Shown here: in pieces, positions 23,601 through 36,279 of the stretch | Position numbering within the stretch: the stretch's first letter is position 1 | Layout: each line of letters starts with the position of its first letter | DNA from: Chlorokybus atmophyticus | Lineage: Eukaryota > Plantae > Mesostigma and Chlorokybus algae | NCBI GenBank assembly: GCA_009103225.1 | Contig: RHPI01001616.1 | Coordinates: forward strand, 251,552-315,551 | Length of the DNA stretch: 64,000 nt | Direction: 5' to 3' | Notes under the pieces: model-generated | Seen by the model: the letters and a program-made list of their open reading frames with translations, nothing else | The model's database searches: none | Told to the model about the DNA's origin: nothing | Translations under genes and position numbers: made by a program

Positions 23601-26100
23601 CTGAAGTGATGGGACTGAAGAGTGAAAAGGGTGAATGTGTGCTTATATGTACATGTGTGTATGGGTGTAATGTTGAGGTGCTACCCACCTGGTGGGAAGT
23701 TGGTGTTGGCATTGGGGCCACGGACAGCACGCACAGCAGCATCATACACGGCCGCGGCCTCCTCGGCTGAACCGTATGTGCCAAGCCACACGCGCCTCGC
23801 AGCCATCTGACCGCGTATCTCCGCAGACCACTGCACGCAAGAACACAACACCAGACAACATCAGTCACACTGCTCATGTGTTCGATGACATACACACACC
23901 AAACAGTGTGGATGACCAACCACTTACCCTTCCATAGCGTCGTTGTCTGATGCCTCTGTATCGTCCATTGCGGCCAGGTCCAATGCCCGTTTGGCTGCCA
24001 TCGAGACTGTTGTTGTTGCTAATGTTGCTGTGGGTGTTGGGAGTGTTGTACGCGTTGTTGTTGTTGTTGCTGAACCCATAGCTGAAGTGCATGTTGCTGC
24101 TGGGAGAAGGAGGGGGAGGAGCAGTGTTGCTGTTCAGCACGCTATGCATCATCAACGCTGCGTTGGTGTTGCCGTTGCCGCTCAGCATGGACATGCTCCT
24201 TAAGTACTGCACGTGTGTGGCACAAAACCTGCACACCGACAAGCAGACATTAAGTACTCTATCGACAATGCCAATAACAACAATCACTACAACATCAGTC
24301 ACCACCAACAACAACAACACACAAGCGCGCACATGAACACCCACACTCACAGACATGAGTGCATCCACATGCACATGATGACATGCAACTGCTGACACCA
24401 CACAACAGCAAAAGTAACAACAGCCAGAGAACAACAACTCCCACTGACCGGGTGTCTTCTGCTTGCATTGACACCGCTGCTCTGCACCTCACTCTTCCAT
24501 TTCCTTCATCCGAGACGAAGTCACACTGCCTATACGGCGCATTCACATCTTCCAGTATGTGTTTGAGGCAGTACGCATGGGGTTCGAGACACAACTTCCT
24601 GCATCTTGTTGCTGCGGATGAGCAAAGGAGCCTCCCTTCCATGTTGTAATGCGTCCTTGGCATGCGGGTGCGGTTGTGTTGGTGGGGCTGGTGGGAGTTG
24701 CTGACTGTGGTGGTGGTGGGGGAGGTGTTGTTGCTGCTGGGACTGGTGGTGTTGGCGCTGGTGTTGGTGTTGGGAAGGTTATTGTTGTTGTTGTTGGGGA
24801 TGCTCAGCTGCTGGTACTGCCTTTGGTGCCTGGCTGAGGTGCTTCGGCTGGTCCTTCTCGGCCGTGTGGGGTTGCTGCTGTTGTTGTTGTTGTTGCTGTT
24901 GTTGGTGTTATTGTTGTTGTTGTCCGTGCCACTATTCTCCTCATTGGTCTGGTTCTCCTGTGGCACCTGCCCTTGTTGTTGTTGTCCTTGTTGTTGTTGC
25001 TGCTGCTGTTGCATCTGAGCAGCATTCTTGTCTCGCTCCCTATACTTGCGGTTGTACAGCCAACTTTGCACATTCATCTCCGTGATGGTAGCAGCAATGG
25101 GTGGGTTGTTGCTGTTGTTGTTGTTGCTGTTGTTGCTACCGCTGCCACTGCCACTGCTACTGTTGTTGTTTGCACCAGCCTTGTTGCTGTTGCTTGCTGA
25201 GGCTGATAAGCACAATGCAGTCAGCCTGGGCATCACCTCTCTCACAACATCTTTAACACGCAGCTCGCCAGTCTCAGCCACGTACGCCCTTGTGAAACCC
25301 TCCTCAAGAACCTACACAATGAACATGAGCATAACAACCAGGATGACTGTGTGAGTTTGGGTGTGTGTGTGGGGGNNNNNNNNNNNNNNNNNNNNNNNNN
25401 NNNNNNNNNNGGGGCATACCTCAAGTTGTTCAGGTGAGGGTGTCCATTTTGGTTTGGATGCTGGGCGAGAGGAAGGAGCTAGCACGGGGCTGTTGTTGTG
25501 GTTGTAAGGGTTGTAGTTGGTGTAGCTGGCGTAGTTGCTGTGGGGGTTGTGTTGGCTGTGGTGGGGATGGTTCGTTGGGATGTGGCTGCTGGCGTTGCTG
25601 GTGTTGGTGTTGAGGTGGGCGGCCTGGGCAGCTGCCTGCAGGACAAGCTGCTCGTACATGGCAGCGGCAGCAGCAGAGGCGTCCTCCGCTGCTGCTGAGG
25701 CGTCGTCCATGGTGGTGTTGGTGTTGGTCGTCGTCGTTGTCCCCGTGGTCGAAGTCACCTGGTCCATCAATGCCCTGAAGGTGGACAACCCAGCCGCCGC
25801 CGCTGCCGCTGCTGAGGACGACGACGACGACGACCCCCCTATCGCCGCCATGGCCTGCTGGTAAGACATCCCACCCAGCTCAGCCGCATAGGCTGCCAGG
25901 TCATCATTGTGGCCAAACCCTCCGACCATACCTACGCCGGCACCCATGTCTAACCCTACGCCCAAACCGGCAACCATACGGACGCCTATCCTGTCGCCAG
26001 CTCCGCCGCCCTCATCCTTGACCTCCACACCCACGACCACCCTACCGTCAACCCGGTCGCCGCCGCCCGAGTCGCACAGCCAACGTGAAGCAGGCAGCAT
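20650..26100 (-). CDS. Multi-domain nuclear protein (~1470-1560 aa): WOX-like homeodomain + zf-C3Hc3H + AP2/ERF + two Agenet (Tudor-like) domains, with N/Q/H low-complexity linkers
   Basis: Manually spliced exons: 25420-26100 (start uncertain; the ORF is open to 26373), 24449-25311, 23928-24228, 23689-23830, 23266-23541, 22747-23051, 22192-22641 and 20650-22050. All seven introns are GT-AG and phase-compatible (0,2,0,1,1,0,0), with no internal stop. The homeodomain, zinc finger and AP2 domain are each reconstituted across an intron. Confidence 0.85.
22005..22818 (-). other. Two Agenet/Tudor-like domain coding segments
   Basis: [24 protein letters not shown]|...WVPL...VRPSPP and LGDRVEVV...AAWWGCTIV...|[13 protein letters not shown]. 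Confidence 0.8.
23692..23960 (-). other. AP2/ERF DNA-binding domain coding segment
   Basis: [11 protein letters not shown]|[46 protein letters not shown] across a phase-0 intron (23831-23927). Confidence 0.95.
24213..24624 (-). other. zf-C3Hc3H zinc finger (KANSL2/INO80D type) coding segment
   Basis: [59 protein letters not shown]|FCATH, containing the diagnostic YCxKHILEDxxAP(F/Y)xQC motif. Confidence 0.85.
25029..25455 (-). other. WOX-like homeodomain coding segment (split by intron 1 and a low-complexity insert)
   Basis: [12 protein letters not shown]|VLEEGF...RVKDVVREV...[18 protein letters not shown] resembles the WOX13-type RQRWTPTPVQLQILERIF...KIKDITEEL...NVYNWFQNRRAR. Confidence 0.7.
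25376..25410. other. Assembly gap (N run) inside intron 1 of the host gene
   Basis: Run of n. Confidence 1.
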
Positions 26101-28142
26101 GCCTTCGTCAGCATCCAGCCTGACCTCGTCCCTGACTACACCCACGACGACGTGGCTAATCCCCCTGCCAACCCCAACACCACCGCCGCCGCCGCCGCCG
26201 CCTGCTCCGCGGCTTCCACGCCGAGCAAATATCTTCGAGCCGCTAGAATGCGAGCAAAAGATTTGGCCCCACCTTTGCTCGATGAGGGAATAAAAGGGAC
26301 TTGAAACAGAGGAAAAGGGGGTCAACGGGGTACGAAACGCTATCATGTTGTAGGCACCTTTTCCCCTTTCCAAAATATCAAGGCGACGACATTTAACCGG
26401 ACGGCTGGTACCGTTTGTAGGTATAATAATTGGGTGCAGTAAAGATCATGCAAATTCGGTGCTGTTGTTGCCGTCAGCCGTTTGCTGAGTCCATCAGCTT
26501 TAACTGTCTGTCTGTTTGTGCGTGGCAGGCGGAGATATTTGTATCGGGTCTATTGCTCTCATGGGTACGTTTCTCGTCACTTAATTGCATAAAGGCAATT
26601 GCACCATTATAATATCCAAGCTGTCGCGTGTCACTTCGTCTGGGGCCAACCGACGCCGCCGAGTGTCGACATCCAAACCGGTGGCTGTACCGGTCGCGTT
26701 TAGCCGGCATATCGGCCGTTGCCGACGTGGCCTGCTAAACTCTGCACGTTGCTGCAGCCATTACGACCGGTAGAAGCGTTGAACTCGGCGGTTAAATCAC
26801 AGCATGCGTTCGGCGCTGATTCCAGCTGGTTAGCGGGGACAGCGCATCCCAGCAAGGATACCTCCTGATACTTTCCATACCTACAAAGGTTAGATACCTG
26901 TTTGGGGAGCGCAGTTGCGTACGCAGTGTAATCAGGGGCGTATGAGGCTACGTCACCGTAACGTCCACCAATGGTACTTGGAGTAGGGAGGCATGGGAAA
27001 TAAGGTATTTGTACTTCCCATGGCTCCCGCGTGCGGTACGAAATTTGAATCTCAAGGGAGTTACAGAGTTCAATGCAAATTGCCGGTATGCACACGTTGT
27101 GCATGAACGTCAACAGAACACTGTACAGGCATCATTTGTATGCAGAAATGTGCTATGTGTGGGTCAATCATGAGGATCAGGTCTGGGAGCGGCTTGATCA
27201 CGTCCGCGCTGTAACTCATGACGATTGACAGGCTGTGTGGTCAGATAAAACGTTAAAGACGCGCTACAGTCCACTGTGAGTAGGACATCTTCCGTTGATC
27301 AAAGCCATAAATCATGTGGCATTGCAGTCATCTTTGATTAAAGTTTAGCAAACGCCTTTCGAGTTCAATTTGCCTACATTCAATTTTGTGCATGATAAAG
27401 TTGGTATCTTGCACTATGTGCTCTGAAGCATGGAAGAATGGGTGATAATCGTGATGGACGGTGGAGCTCATGCACGCTGTAACTTACATAACACCCATAG
27501 CTTGTAAGCAACCACTAATGTTTCTGAATAAATATTAAAACATATTTAATGAGCAAATGTTATTGTTCAATTATGTATTATTATATGAATTTAACAATAA
27601 CCCATAAGATAGCGGTGTCAATGTAACATTGTTATCGCCATGTATTAATAACCGCACACAAAAGCACGCACATGACTCATTTGCAAGCAAGTTGCAACGT
27701 CTTCACGCAGCATTGCAATATCAATAACGCGCAGAAGATAATGGCACAATAAATGTTCGAGTACATAATTAATGTACCATCAGCTTGTATTTGCCGGGAT
27801 GTTCATACCAATATAGGACCGCACAACTTGTAACTGTGCAATTACAAGAAGTAAAAGCCCCCTAAGCTGCGTGCATCACTTAGCATATGATGGAAGCAGG
27901 CACGTGCGCGTGATCCTTTAAGTTGAGTCCAGTGTGCGACATTAAAGTTTGATAAAATAAAGAGATGAGGTATCCCCTTGTTAAAATTGTAATGTACATT
28001 GCCACATGTGTGTCATGTGTCGTAAACACCTTAACATAAGTAAACTAACCAGAGCCTTGTTGTGCCATTTATCGTGAATTGCAAACCCGCGTGATTGTTA
28101 CAATGCAGTGTGATAGTGTACATCATTTTTTCGCTGTAAACG

Positions 28143-28718
28143 TGTCATGCCCATTGCCCTCGTGTGCCAGCCTGCATCAGGCATGCTTACATCCAGACCC
28201 GCGCACGGACTATCAGCCAACTGACCCGTGCGCGTCACTGACCAATAGGTAGATCACAGCCTTAGACTAGCTCATGACTGTAGCCTACATAGGCACCGCG
28301 CGTAGCTGTTCAGTTATACATGTTGTTATACGATATGTTCTATATCGAGGGGGAGTTTCCGATGGGAATAGCCCCAATATGATCGTTAGCTTGTATTCTA
28401 AACAATCGTGATTTGACCTCCATAAGTAGTCGCGGTGTTCACCGGATCAGCTGGTGACACTGTGAGTGCAAAAGCTAGGAGCCTGTGAAGCGACTTGAAT
28501 TACGCCGTCCCGGTTACCAAGAATCCTCTCACCGTGTGAGAGTCTGTGCATGCTCGTGTGCACTGTGCTTGTCATTGTTGTGAACTTGGTGCGCTTAGTT
28601 GCGGTGTGCTTGTTGGCATCAGGCAAGGCATAGCATTTATGCGTTGCTTACTCATTCACCTCACCTAACAGTGTAATACAATTTCCACTCGTGCAAAGAA
28701 CAGAGTAAACAGCACTCC
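28143..28718 (+). repeat. 5' terminal repeat (A1) of element A
   Basis: Direct repeat of 39436-~39998, diverged (roughly 80% by eye). It continues briefly after the nested solo LTR at 29389. Confidence 0.85.
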
Positions 28719-29388
28719 TACAACAATCAAGGCCAAATTTCGTGATTTTCATGGCCAGTTTAGGCCTTATTTGTGAGATACCATGTTATTCATAACTTGT
28801 AGCGGATATTGGCGAATTGCGAATCTGCGGCAGATATCGACCGGCCCAGGGCTAGTCTGGAAGACGCCAGAAAACGGAGGGCCAGTCGAGAAGGGCTCGA
28901 CCACATTTCTGGAAGGGCCTGGCGCCAAGTAGTGTAACTTGACCACATGAGCAGCAAATGAGGGACTGTTTTGTGCATTGGAAAGGTCTAGAAGTGTACT
29001 ACAAGACTCTGCTAGAATATCTTAGCTTCTAGTTCCGTCTAGCGCTAGAATCGTCTAGACAGTAGCATGTGCAGGCTGGTAGGTATAAAACTGACATTCT
29101 ACAATTTGCAATACAACCTTTAGCTCCCTAGTTTCTTGTGTGCAAGCTTGATGGTGGTTAGCAAAGGTTGCTACCGTGTGTCCACTAGTGTGTGCTTGCT
29201 TGTGTGACGATCCAAGGCGCTACACGAGTCGGTGTGTAGCTTGGAGTGCATGCGCGTGCGTACGCGAGTGGCGGGGCGCGCGTGTGTGCTTGGCAGAGGG
29301 GGCAAGGTTCCGGTGTGAATACCGTGTCTTGGTGAGAGGGTTGTTAATTCGACCAACTCATAGGAGACAAGGCACGAGCACCGTCACA
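28719..29388 (+). mobile_element. Solo LTR of a separate family (family L), nested in the 5' repeat of element A
   Basis: 670 bp, homologous end to end to the reverse complement of 57880-58547. Ends in ACCGTCACA. 5-bp TSD ACTCC/ACTAC; the empty site is visible in A2 (cagcACTACctatgg, 39990-40004). Confidence 0.85.
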
Positions 29389-30169
29389 ACTACCTGTAGT
29401 AGTAGGCTTGTTCACTCACAGTATCATACTGTGATGATCACCCTCTCTGCTAAAGTGAGTGTGGTTGCATCTTGCACATCTTAAGTGCAGCTTGCAGTTG
29501 GATACATCCGCATGCATGATTATCACTGTCATCACATAGTGCGCACAAGCATTGGTGCGTTGAGTGGTAGCAGCATTAAGATAGCTTTGTAGAGCGCAAA
29601 CACTCTACCTTTTATACACTTTCACTATAGCTATCGCATCACCTGTATGAGCAGCCCTACCCCGTTCTCACAAATAGACTTGGGGGACCTCAGCAGCTGG
29701 AGCCCGACCTCCAAATTAGCCTACGAACGAGCAAGTGAAGGAAACAGTTATTGTAGCAGCGGAGGCTCTCACCCCGTCTCCGGCGTCACCTCCTTCCACT
29801 TCACTCCTCGCCATCAAGCTTTTCCACCTCCTTCGGACTATTTGGACCATGACAACAAAGAAATGGAGCCCTTCCAGCTCAACCAACTTTCAACGCTGCT
29901 CCGGACGTGCGGGCACCCCACCACTTGATAAGTTCATCATCAGTGTCACGCCCACAGGGCAGGCAAAAGTCATTCTCTGTCCCTTACTTATGTGGTAAGT
30001 AAGATGAGACCAAGTAGGGACCCACATTACGCAAGCGTGTGTAGTGCTTGTGGGTGTGCTCTCGTGTAGGTCTGCTCTAGAGCCTGTGCGGCCTTGAGCA
30101 TGATGAACTACACAAGGCATGATGGCAAGCATAGGGCTGATCATAGCCGATGAGACATCATGTGATGTA

Positions 30170-30500
30170 CAGAGACATATGTGTGCATATGTCCGCATGT
30201 GTATGCATGTGTTTGCACATGTGTGCACATGTACGCATATGAGTGCATATGCGTGCATGAGAGGTATGTACTAGATGTATGCATGTATATGCATGCATGC
30301 GCATATGTGTGCATATGCGCGCATATGTATGATGTCCTAGGCTGATGTGACCAGCCAAGGACGTTCACAACGTCCAAGGATGATGTGTGTGATATCCTAG
30401 GCTGATGTGACCAGCCTACGGACGTTTAAAATGTCCGAGGCTGATGTGTGATCAGTCTTGGGCGTTGAAAGAGGTCCAAGGGCTGATGTGGCAGCCCTAG
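30170..30500. repeat. (ATGTGC/ATGC)-type simple repeat followed by a short ~60-bp tandem repeat
   Basis: gatgtcctaggctgatgtgaccagcc recurs near 30332 and 30390, with partial copies at 30439 and 30481. Confidence 0.75.
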
Positions 30501-31040
30501 ACATGAGTTGTGGTCAACGCAGCCATGACAAGGCATGTAGCCTTGGACTTGGATGTTCTAGGTCGGAGAGCAGCAAAGAGAGGGTATATGAACGGCCTCA
30601 ACATGTGTTGAGGCAGCTCAGCATGTGCATACTCGACTCTTGTGTGTGGGGTGCCTAGTTTAGTTGTTCAAGGGGCTCTCCCTCTCATCCCATGTGGGGT
30701 GTAATGTCCGTGGCAGCTTTGCACATGTGTGTGAGGTGTGCTTGAGTGTGTGAGTGTGTGGGAGCTGAGTAGAGAGGTTGGTGTCATCCTCTCCTTCCTT
30801 GGTGCGGTGCTGTGACTTCCTCTGCAAGGTACTGCACCAGTGACGGTGGTAGGGCTTCCAGTAGTAAGTCCTTGTGCTTGTGCATAAGTTCGCCAAGCCG
30901 CCCAGCAAGTAAATGAGTGGTATCGTTACAATCAGGTTCCACTCCATGATGCGGCAGCAAACCCTCAAGAACAAGGACTGGTCAGATGAGGTGTCATTCC
31001 ACATCATGGCTCAGCCTGCCTTGATCATGAGGCACATGAT

Positions 31041-32100
31041 GTGTGGAAGTTCATTGCTGAGCTGCATAGAGTTGATGGCTATGGCGAGCTTGCCAGCACC
31101 ATAGCACCTACACCGACGCATAGCCTAGCAGCTGCTGCCTCAGTAGTAGTGGTCCCTCCAACCCCAGTCACTGGGCGGGCGTTAGCCGCAGCTATGCAAC
31201 ATGCAGAGGACGAAGAAGCCGAGCTGGTTATTTCCTCGCTAACACTTGCAGAGGTCGAGGTCAAAGCCGACCGACGGATTAGAGTGCTTAACCGCACCGC
31301 TGCCAGCATCGAGGCTCAGCAAGCTGAACAACAAACTGCAGCCTTGAAAACGGGGACACATGTACCACTACCACCGGGCTCGCATACTCTGGTAGGAGTC
31401 AGCCTTTTCACACTCGGCAGCGTTGCGCGCACTAGCCATCATGTGAGACTCTCCTCTCAAGGACTTGTACGCTACACTGCGGCGTACCTTCCCGCCCCAA
31501 CCCATAAGCAAGGTAAAGGAGTTGAGACGCTTCCGACGGAAGCCCAACGAGGACCCTCTCCGACTGTATTCGCGGCTGAAACCACTGCAGGACACTGAGT
31601 ACAAGATCGTCAGTGAGGAGGCAGCCGCAATGGTGTACGTGGCTGAGTTGGACCCCACCTTGAGTGAGTCAACGCGCTAGACACTTAACTACAATAGACC
31701 CCTCGGCTACACCCTCAATAAAGCTTTTGAGACTGCACAAGCCATTCACAAGCGTTCGGTGTATGAGAAGGCAGTGTTGGACACCAACCGAGCGCCTCAC
31801 GTCCCATGGCAAGCACGAGTGCTGAGCCCCCTCGATGAGACCTCAGTCGGGATGCTCCAGTCACAACAAGGACAAACGGTTAGCTTATGCTGCCCTTATA
31901 ATAGATATTGCTCCAGTGCCGTGCCGTCAGTGTGTTCGACATGCATGTGGGCCATATGGGCACTACAAAAAGGAGTGCACCAAAGATTATGGCAACCTTG
32001 TGTGCGACTAATGCCACAAGACGGGACACTTGGCGACAATGTGCTGGCTCAAGTTCTTCGAGCTGCGGTCCTCTATTGGCTACAACAATAGCAACAACGC
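31041..32100 (+). pseudogene. gag remnants of element A
   Basis: QPISKVKELRRFRRKPNEDPLRLYSRL capsid-like segment and frameshifted Cys/His knuckle-like remnants. Confidence 0.55.
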
Positions 32101-33451
32101 GGGTGGCTATCTATGAGGCTGCTATATGAGGCTGCTGCAGCCATGGCTGGCGAACCCATTGGTGGTGTTGGCACACCCGCTATAGCTGCGGACACTGCAC
32201 CAGCCACAACTGCTGCAACGCTCGCAGCGGCGACCTCCGTCATCACAATTGCTGCAGGTGCACAACTATTGCTGCACTTGATGTTGCCGTACCTCTTTCA
32301 GCCCCTACTGCCACTGCCGCCGCACCATCAGGGGTTCGTGCGGCCCCTCCTCCGCACCTGATGTAACTCAACAAGTGCCACACGGACTGCAAGCAAAGCG
32401 CGCTTGGACGTCCATCGTACGCAACATTGAACCCACCACCGTTGCGTACACACCGGGAAGGCAACGCACAACGCACGTAGCACGAGATGAACACATCCTG
32501 CCGCTACCACCACCCGAATACAATACATTGCAAGAGCCCACCTAACAACAATTGAACAATGAGATGCTAGCCGGCACTGCTCTTGAAGAAAATATCATCT
32601 CTTCAGGGTCACTTACCAGCGCCCTGCTGTGTTAGAGCTGGCAATTCAGTTGTTCTTGGCGCTGCACGCAAGGCTGCAGGACGCACCTGGCCAATCACGA
32701 TAGCCAATGCCAGCGCAACAAATTGACTTTAAGCTTTGACCGCTGGGCCCGCTCGGACTTCAGCATCGCCGAGTGCAAGGCCTCGTGGTGGCCACCTGAA
32801 AATGCCGCCGGGCGCTGACCCGGCACTCCGTAAGCTCACACATAGTAGTCACCAAGAACGGTTCTCTGCTCTTGAACATGCACATCGCTACCGGCAGGAC
32901 CAAGCCGCGCAACTTGACACACGCCGACAGGCATACGAAGCAGCACGCGCCGCTGCAGTGCAACCCTCGGGGTCGTCAGATGCTACCGGCACCTCCACTG
33001 CACTTGCCGTGGTGCCATTAGCGCAAGCTACAGTCACCCAGCCAAGGCAAGCAACTGTTGCTGATTAAACGAGGGCGTTGGCGCAACAATTAAGGGGGGT
33101 GATCGCCCCGCTATTGCCCCCTTTAGTCGATGGTATGCCCGACGATCAGCGGGATGCAGGGCGAGGTTACCTCATCCCACAAGGAGACACCACCCAGCGA
33201 GGGGGAGCTGGTATGGTAGGAGAGCAACAACTCCGTACCGCTCTCATACGGCAAGCAGTCATGCTGCACCGGCCTGAGGGCAGTGCATTGAGACAGATGA
33301 TGGGGATGCGGAGAGGCAGCGCCTCTCAAGCACGACTCATGACGTGGCTCGCTACCAATTACGCCGCCATCCCCATGTTCGTTCTTTGGCAAAAGAGCAT
33401 CATGGTTGGGGGCATTCATCCGCCCGTTGCGGCAAGCGTACGATAAAGCTG

Positions 33452-34019
33452 TGTCACAGCCCACTCGACCATAAGACACTTGGTGCTTTTGTAGTCGATT
33501 TGTGGTCATTTGATGTACCTTCCCGTCACATTCCCCGCGACTTAAGAACGCTGACGTCCTTGGCAGCTGCCCCGTATAGCTAAGGAATCATCATAGGGGT
33601 TTGTTAGGGTCGGTCACCGGCCCTAACGGTAAGGACCGGCCAGTTTAGGCCCATACTGATCAACGCACGCATAGCGTGCCGCTGCCGGCCCCACAGGTTG
33701 CATCGCGACAGGCAGACCGCGTTCTGCCACGCCAACTGAATGCCGGCGCATTGCAACAGGCAGGTCGCATTCTGCCACGCCAATTGAACGCCGGCGCGAA
33801 TGCTATTATGCAAGGCGCGACCCATCGATGATGGCACGCCACTATGAAGTGACCATTCACGATGTTATTGGATCGAGAACCAACAACCGCGAAGTTTGCA
33901 AGGCAGAAATTGAACCCGGGTCTCAAGCTCCGATGACCAATGTCACAGCCCACTCAACCATAAAAGACATGGTGCTTATATGGTCGATTCGTGGTTATTT
34001 AACGTACCTTCCCATTACA
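33452..34019 (-). mobile_element. TRIM, copy 2 (nested in element A)
   Basis: 79-bp LTRs (33452-33530, 33941-34019), the same PBS (rc GCTCCGATGACCAA), a degraded PPT, internal region homologous to copy 1, and TSD AGCTG/AGCTC. Confidence 0.93.
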
Positions 34020-34689
34020 AGCTCCCACTGCGCCAAACACTCTGAAGGGAGTGCAGGATGCAATGCTGCGGCTGCCGGGAGTGGAAGCAACACGGCAACG
34101 CCGGCGCATCGCCATCGCTCACGAGCTACACACATAGCTGACCAACCTCCAACGCACCATACGGGCGCCATGACCGTGCTCGATGTGGGCGTGGTACAAG
34201 GCAGGTGGGATGCCTACATGGTAGGGATCTTACGAGTCCCCACCATCACTCACGACATGCGGCAGCAGCTACTGCGCGCGGTATCCCTGCAGCCCATGCC
34301 ACAATATCATTACCGGACCGATGTGGACACAGAGCCCACATCCACGTGGGAAGGGACATTGGTCAGGAAGGCAGCTCATGCTATCCGATGGACCTACGCA
34401 GCAGAGCCAGGGGAACGCGAGGCAGGCAGGCCCGCAAACACCAGATCTGCCGGGCCCTCCTCCACAACCATTGGGGACGTCGGCAGGCATGATCCGGGAG
34501 CAAGAGGATGCCACTGTTGAGGTGGCATTACAAGACCCGGCCGAACGCCGTTGATTTGCACAAGTGGACATGCACCTTTTGCTGACCCAACCATTGATCA
34601 CTTTGCGTTTCCACAACTACAAGGGACACAATAAGGTGCAAGACCAGCACACCGGAGTTGTGGAGTTCCATACCTTTCGGCTGCAGCAG

Positions 34690-35960
34690 GGCATCACGGT
34701 GGTGGATCGATTCGGATGCATCGGCAGTGTGGTCTCGCCGCGGCCCTCAATACAGGTGTCAAAGTCACAAAATGTTATTATTGCGACCCTGACCCGCGCG
34801 CTCAAACAGCCCTACGGCACCATCTGCGTCACCTGCACGAGCGTTATCCACAGCAATTGTCCTCGTTGGCAATGCAAGGCAGCGTCAAGGCATTGCCAAA
34901 AGACATCCGACTGACTACAGAGGACCACTTGCTGTCCCCCCCTCGGCAACATCAACTTGTTGACAAGTGGATGGGAGTGCCAAGGACACTACAGGGCAGG
35001 AAAAGGCCAAGGCCTTGACGACCCTCGCTCAGGTCTGTTTCGGGAGTCGATAAGAGTCATCCACCTCCTCCAATAGCACAAAATCTTCAGGCCCCTAGGG
35101 TACGTCATCGAGAACGTGCACTCAAAGGACAACAAGCGTCCCGATGTAGCCTCCACCCACCGGCAGGTGTGCTCCATACTTCGGCATCCACTCAGTAAAC
35201 GGTAAACGCAGCGCGCCATGGTTCCCGTGCATATCGCGTCCGCGCCAAGTGGACAACCTTGCTCACCACATAAGAGCTAATGTAGAGTACACGCGCAGTA
35301 CACGGCCACGCAACCTTTGGTCGATGACATCCTCAACCCCAACCGTGGAGCTCAACCTGTCACACGTCTTGACCACAGCCACTCCTACCAGTGTAACCAA
35401 ACCAAACAACCGCGCCGCGCATTTCATTAATTAGTAAACGTAGCAAGAAATATATTAATTTCAATACACTTAAAACTAAAGTCTATTTTTGTTTAAATGG
35501 GTTATAATAATATTGAGTTTTAATGTATAATAGTTGGCCCAGATCTTCGATAAAGGTAAGTAGTGGGAGAGATAAAGGCTGAAGTTAATTTCTGTGTTTA
35601 ACTTGCGGAATTGGTNGCAAGAAATATATTAATTTCAATACACTTAAAACTAAAGTCTATTTTTGTTTAAATGGGTTATAATAATATTGAGTTTTAATGT
35701 ATAATAGTTGGCCCAGATCTTCGATAAAGGTAAGTAGTGGGAGAGATAAAGGCTGAAGTTAATTTGTGTGTTTAACTTGCGGAATTGGCATTAACATTAT
35801 TCCCACTTTGGTGTCCTACTCAGGGTCATATGCCTTCCACAATGGTGGCGATGGCATGGTATTCAACACCACGACGAGCAAGCTGGAAGAACCCAATGCA
35901 CGTGAGCGCGAACGCGCCATAGGGTTCTTTCTCAACAATATCACAGGGTCCTCGCTGACC
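34690..35960 (+). pseudogene. C5-cytosine DNA methyltransferase domain of element A (frameshifted, with an AT-rich insert)
   Basis: Motif I remnant GITVVDRFGCIGS/GLAAALNTGVKV, motif IV GWECQGHYRAGKGQGLDDPRSGLF, motif VI YVIENV, motif VIII NAARHGSRAYRVR and late motif LEEPNARERERAIGF. Confidence 0.88.
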
Positions 35961-36279
35961 GACAATTAGCAATGTCAGCTGCTCGGCCACGCCATGTATC
36001 TTTCGAGGATCTCAAACACCTGGCTGGGGGGTGGGCTGATTGCGTTGCAGAAAAAAAGGCAGCTCACACAGCCCTCGAGACGGCTCACATGGAGGAGCAA
36101 GCAGCAGTGCTAGTGGAAAACATCCCCGTGATTGCTAACGCAACGTCATGGGACCACGCCATCGGCCCTCTTGCCACGGAGGAGCACACGTAAGAAGCTG
36201 AAGGCTCTCCTCAACAAGTAGAGGAGCTAACTCAGCTTCAACGTAAAAGAGCTGGGTATATGTTCCGTGTACTAGATTG

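Noticed and set aside
24649-26293. Plus-strand ORFs rich in Leu, Val, Cys or Pro (apparent membrane or Cys-rich proteins)
   Set aside because: They are antisense shadows of the AAC/CAA/GGT low-complexity tracts of the minus-strand gene.
26700-27113. 137-aa minus-strand ORF upstream of the host gene
   Set aside because: No motif and no convincing splice link to exon 1. Its length is compatible with chance.
32400-34600. Protease domain of element A
   Set aside because: It is expected from the layout of element B, but no D(T/S)G motif could be located in the decayed sequence, so it is not annotated.
35443-35788. Near-perfect 172-bp tandem duplication
   Set aside because: The copies meet at a single n and differ by one base, typical of an unmerged contig overlap. 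Not treated as biological.
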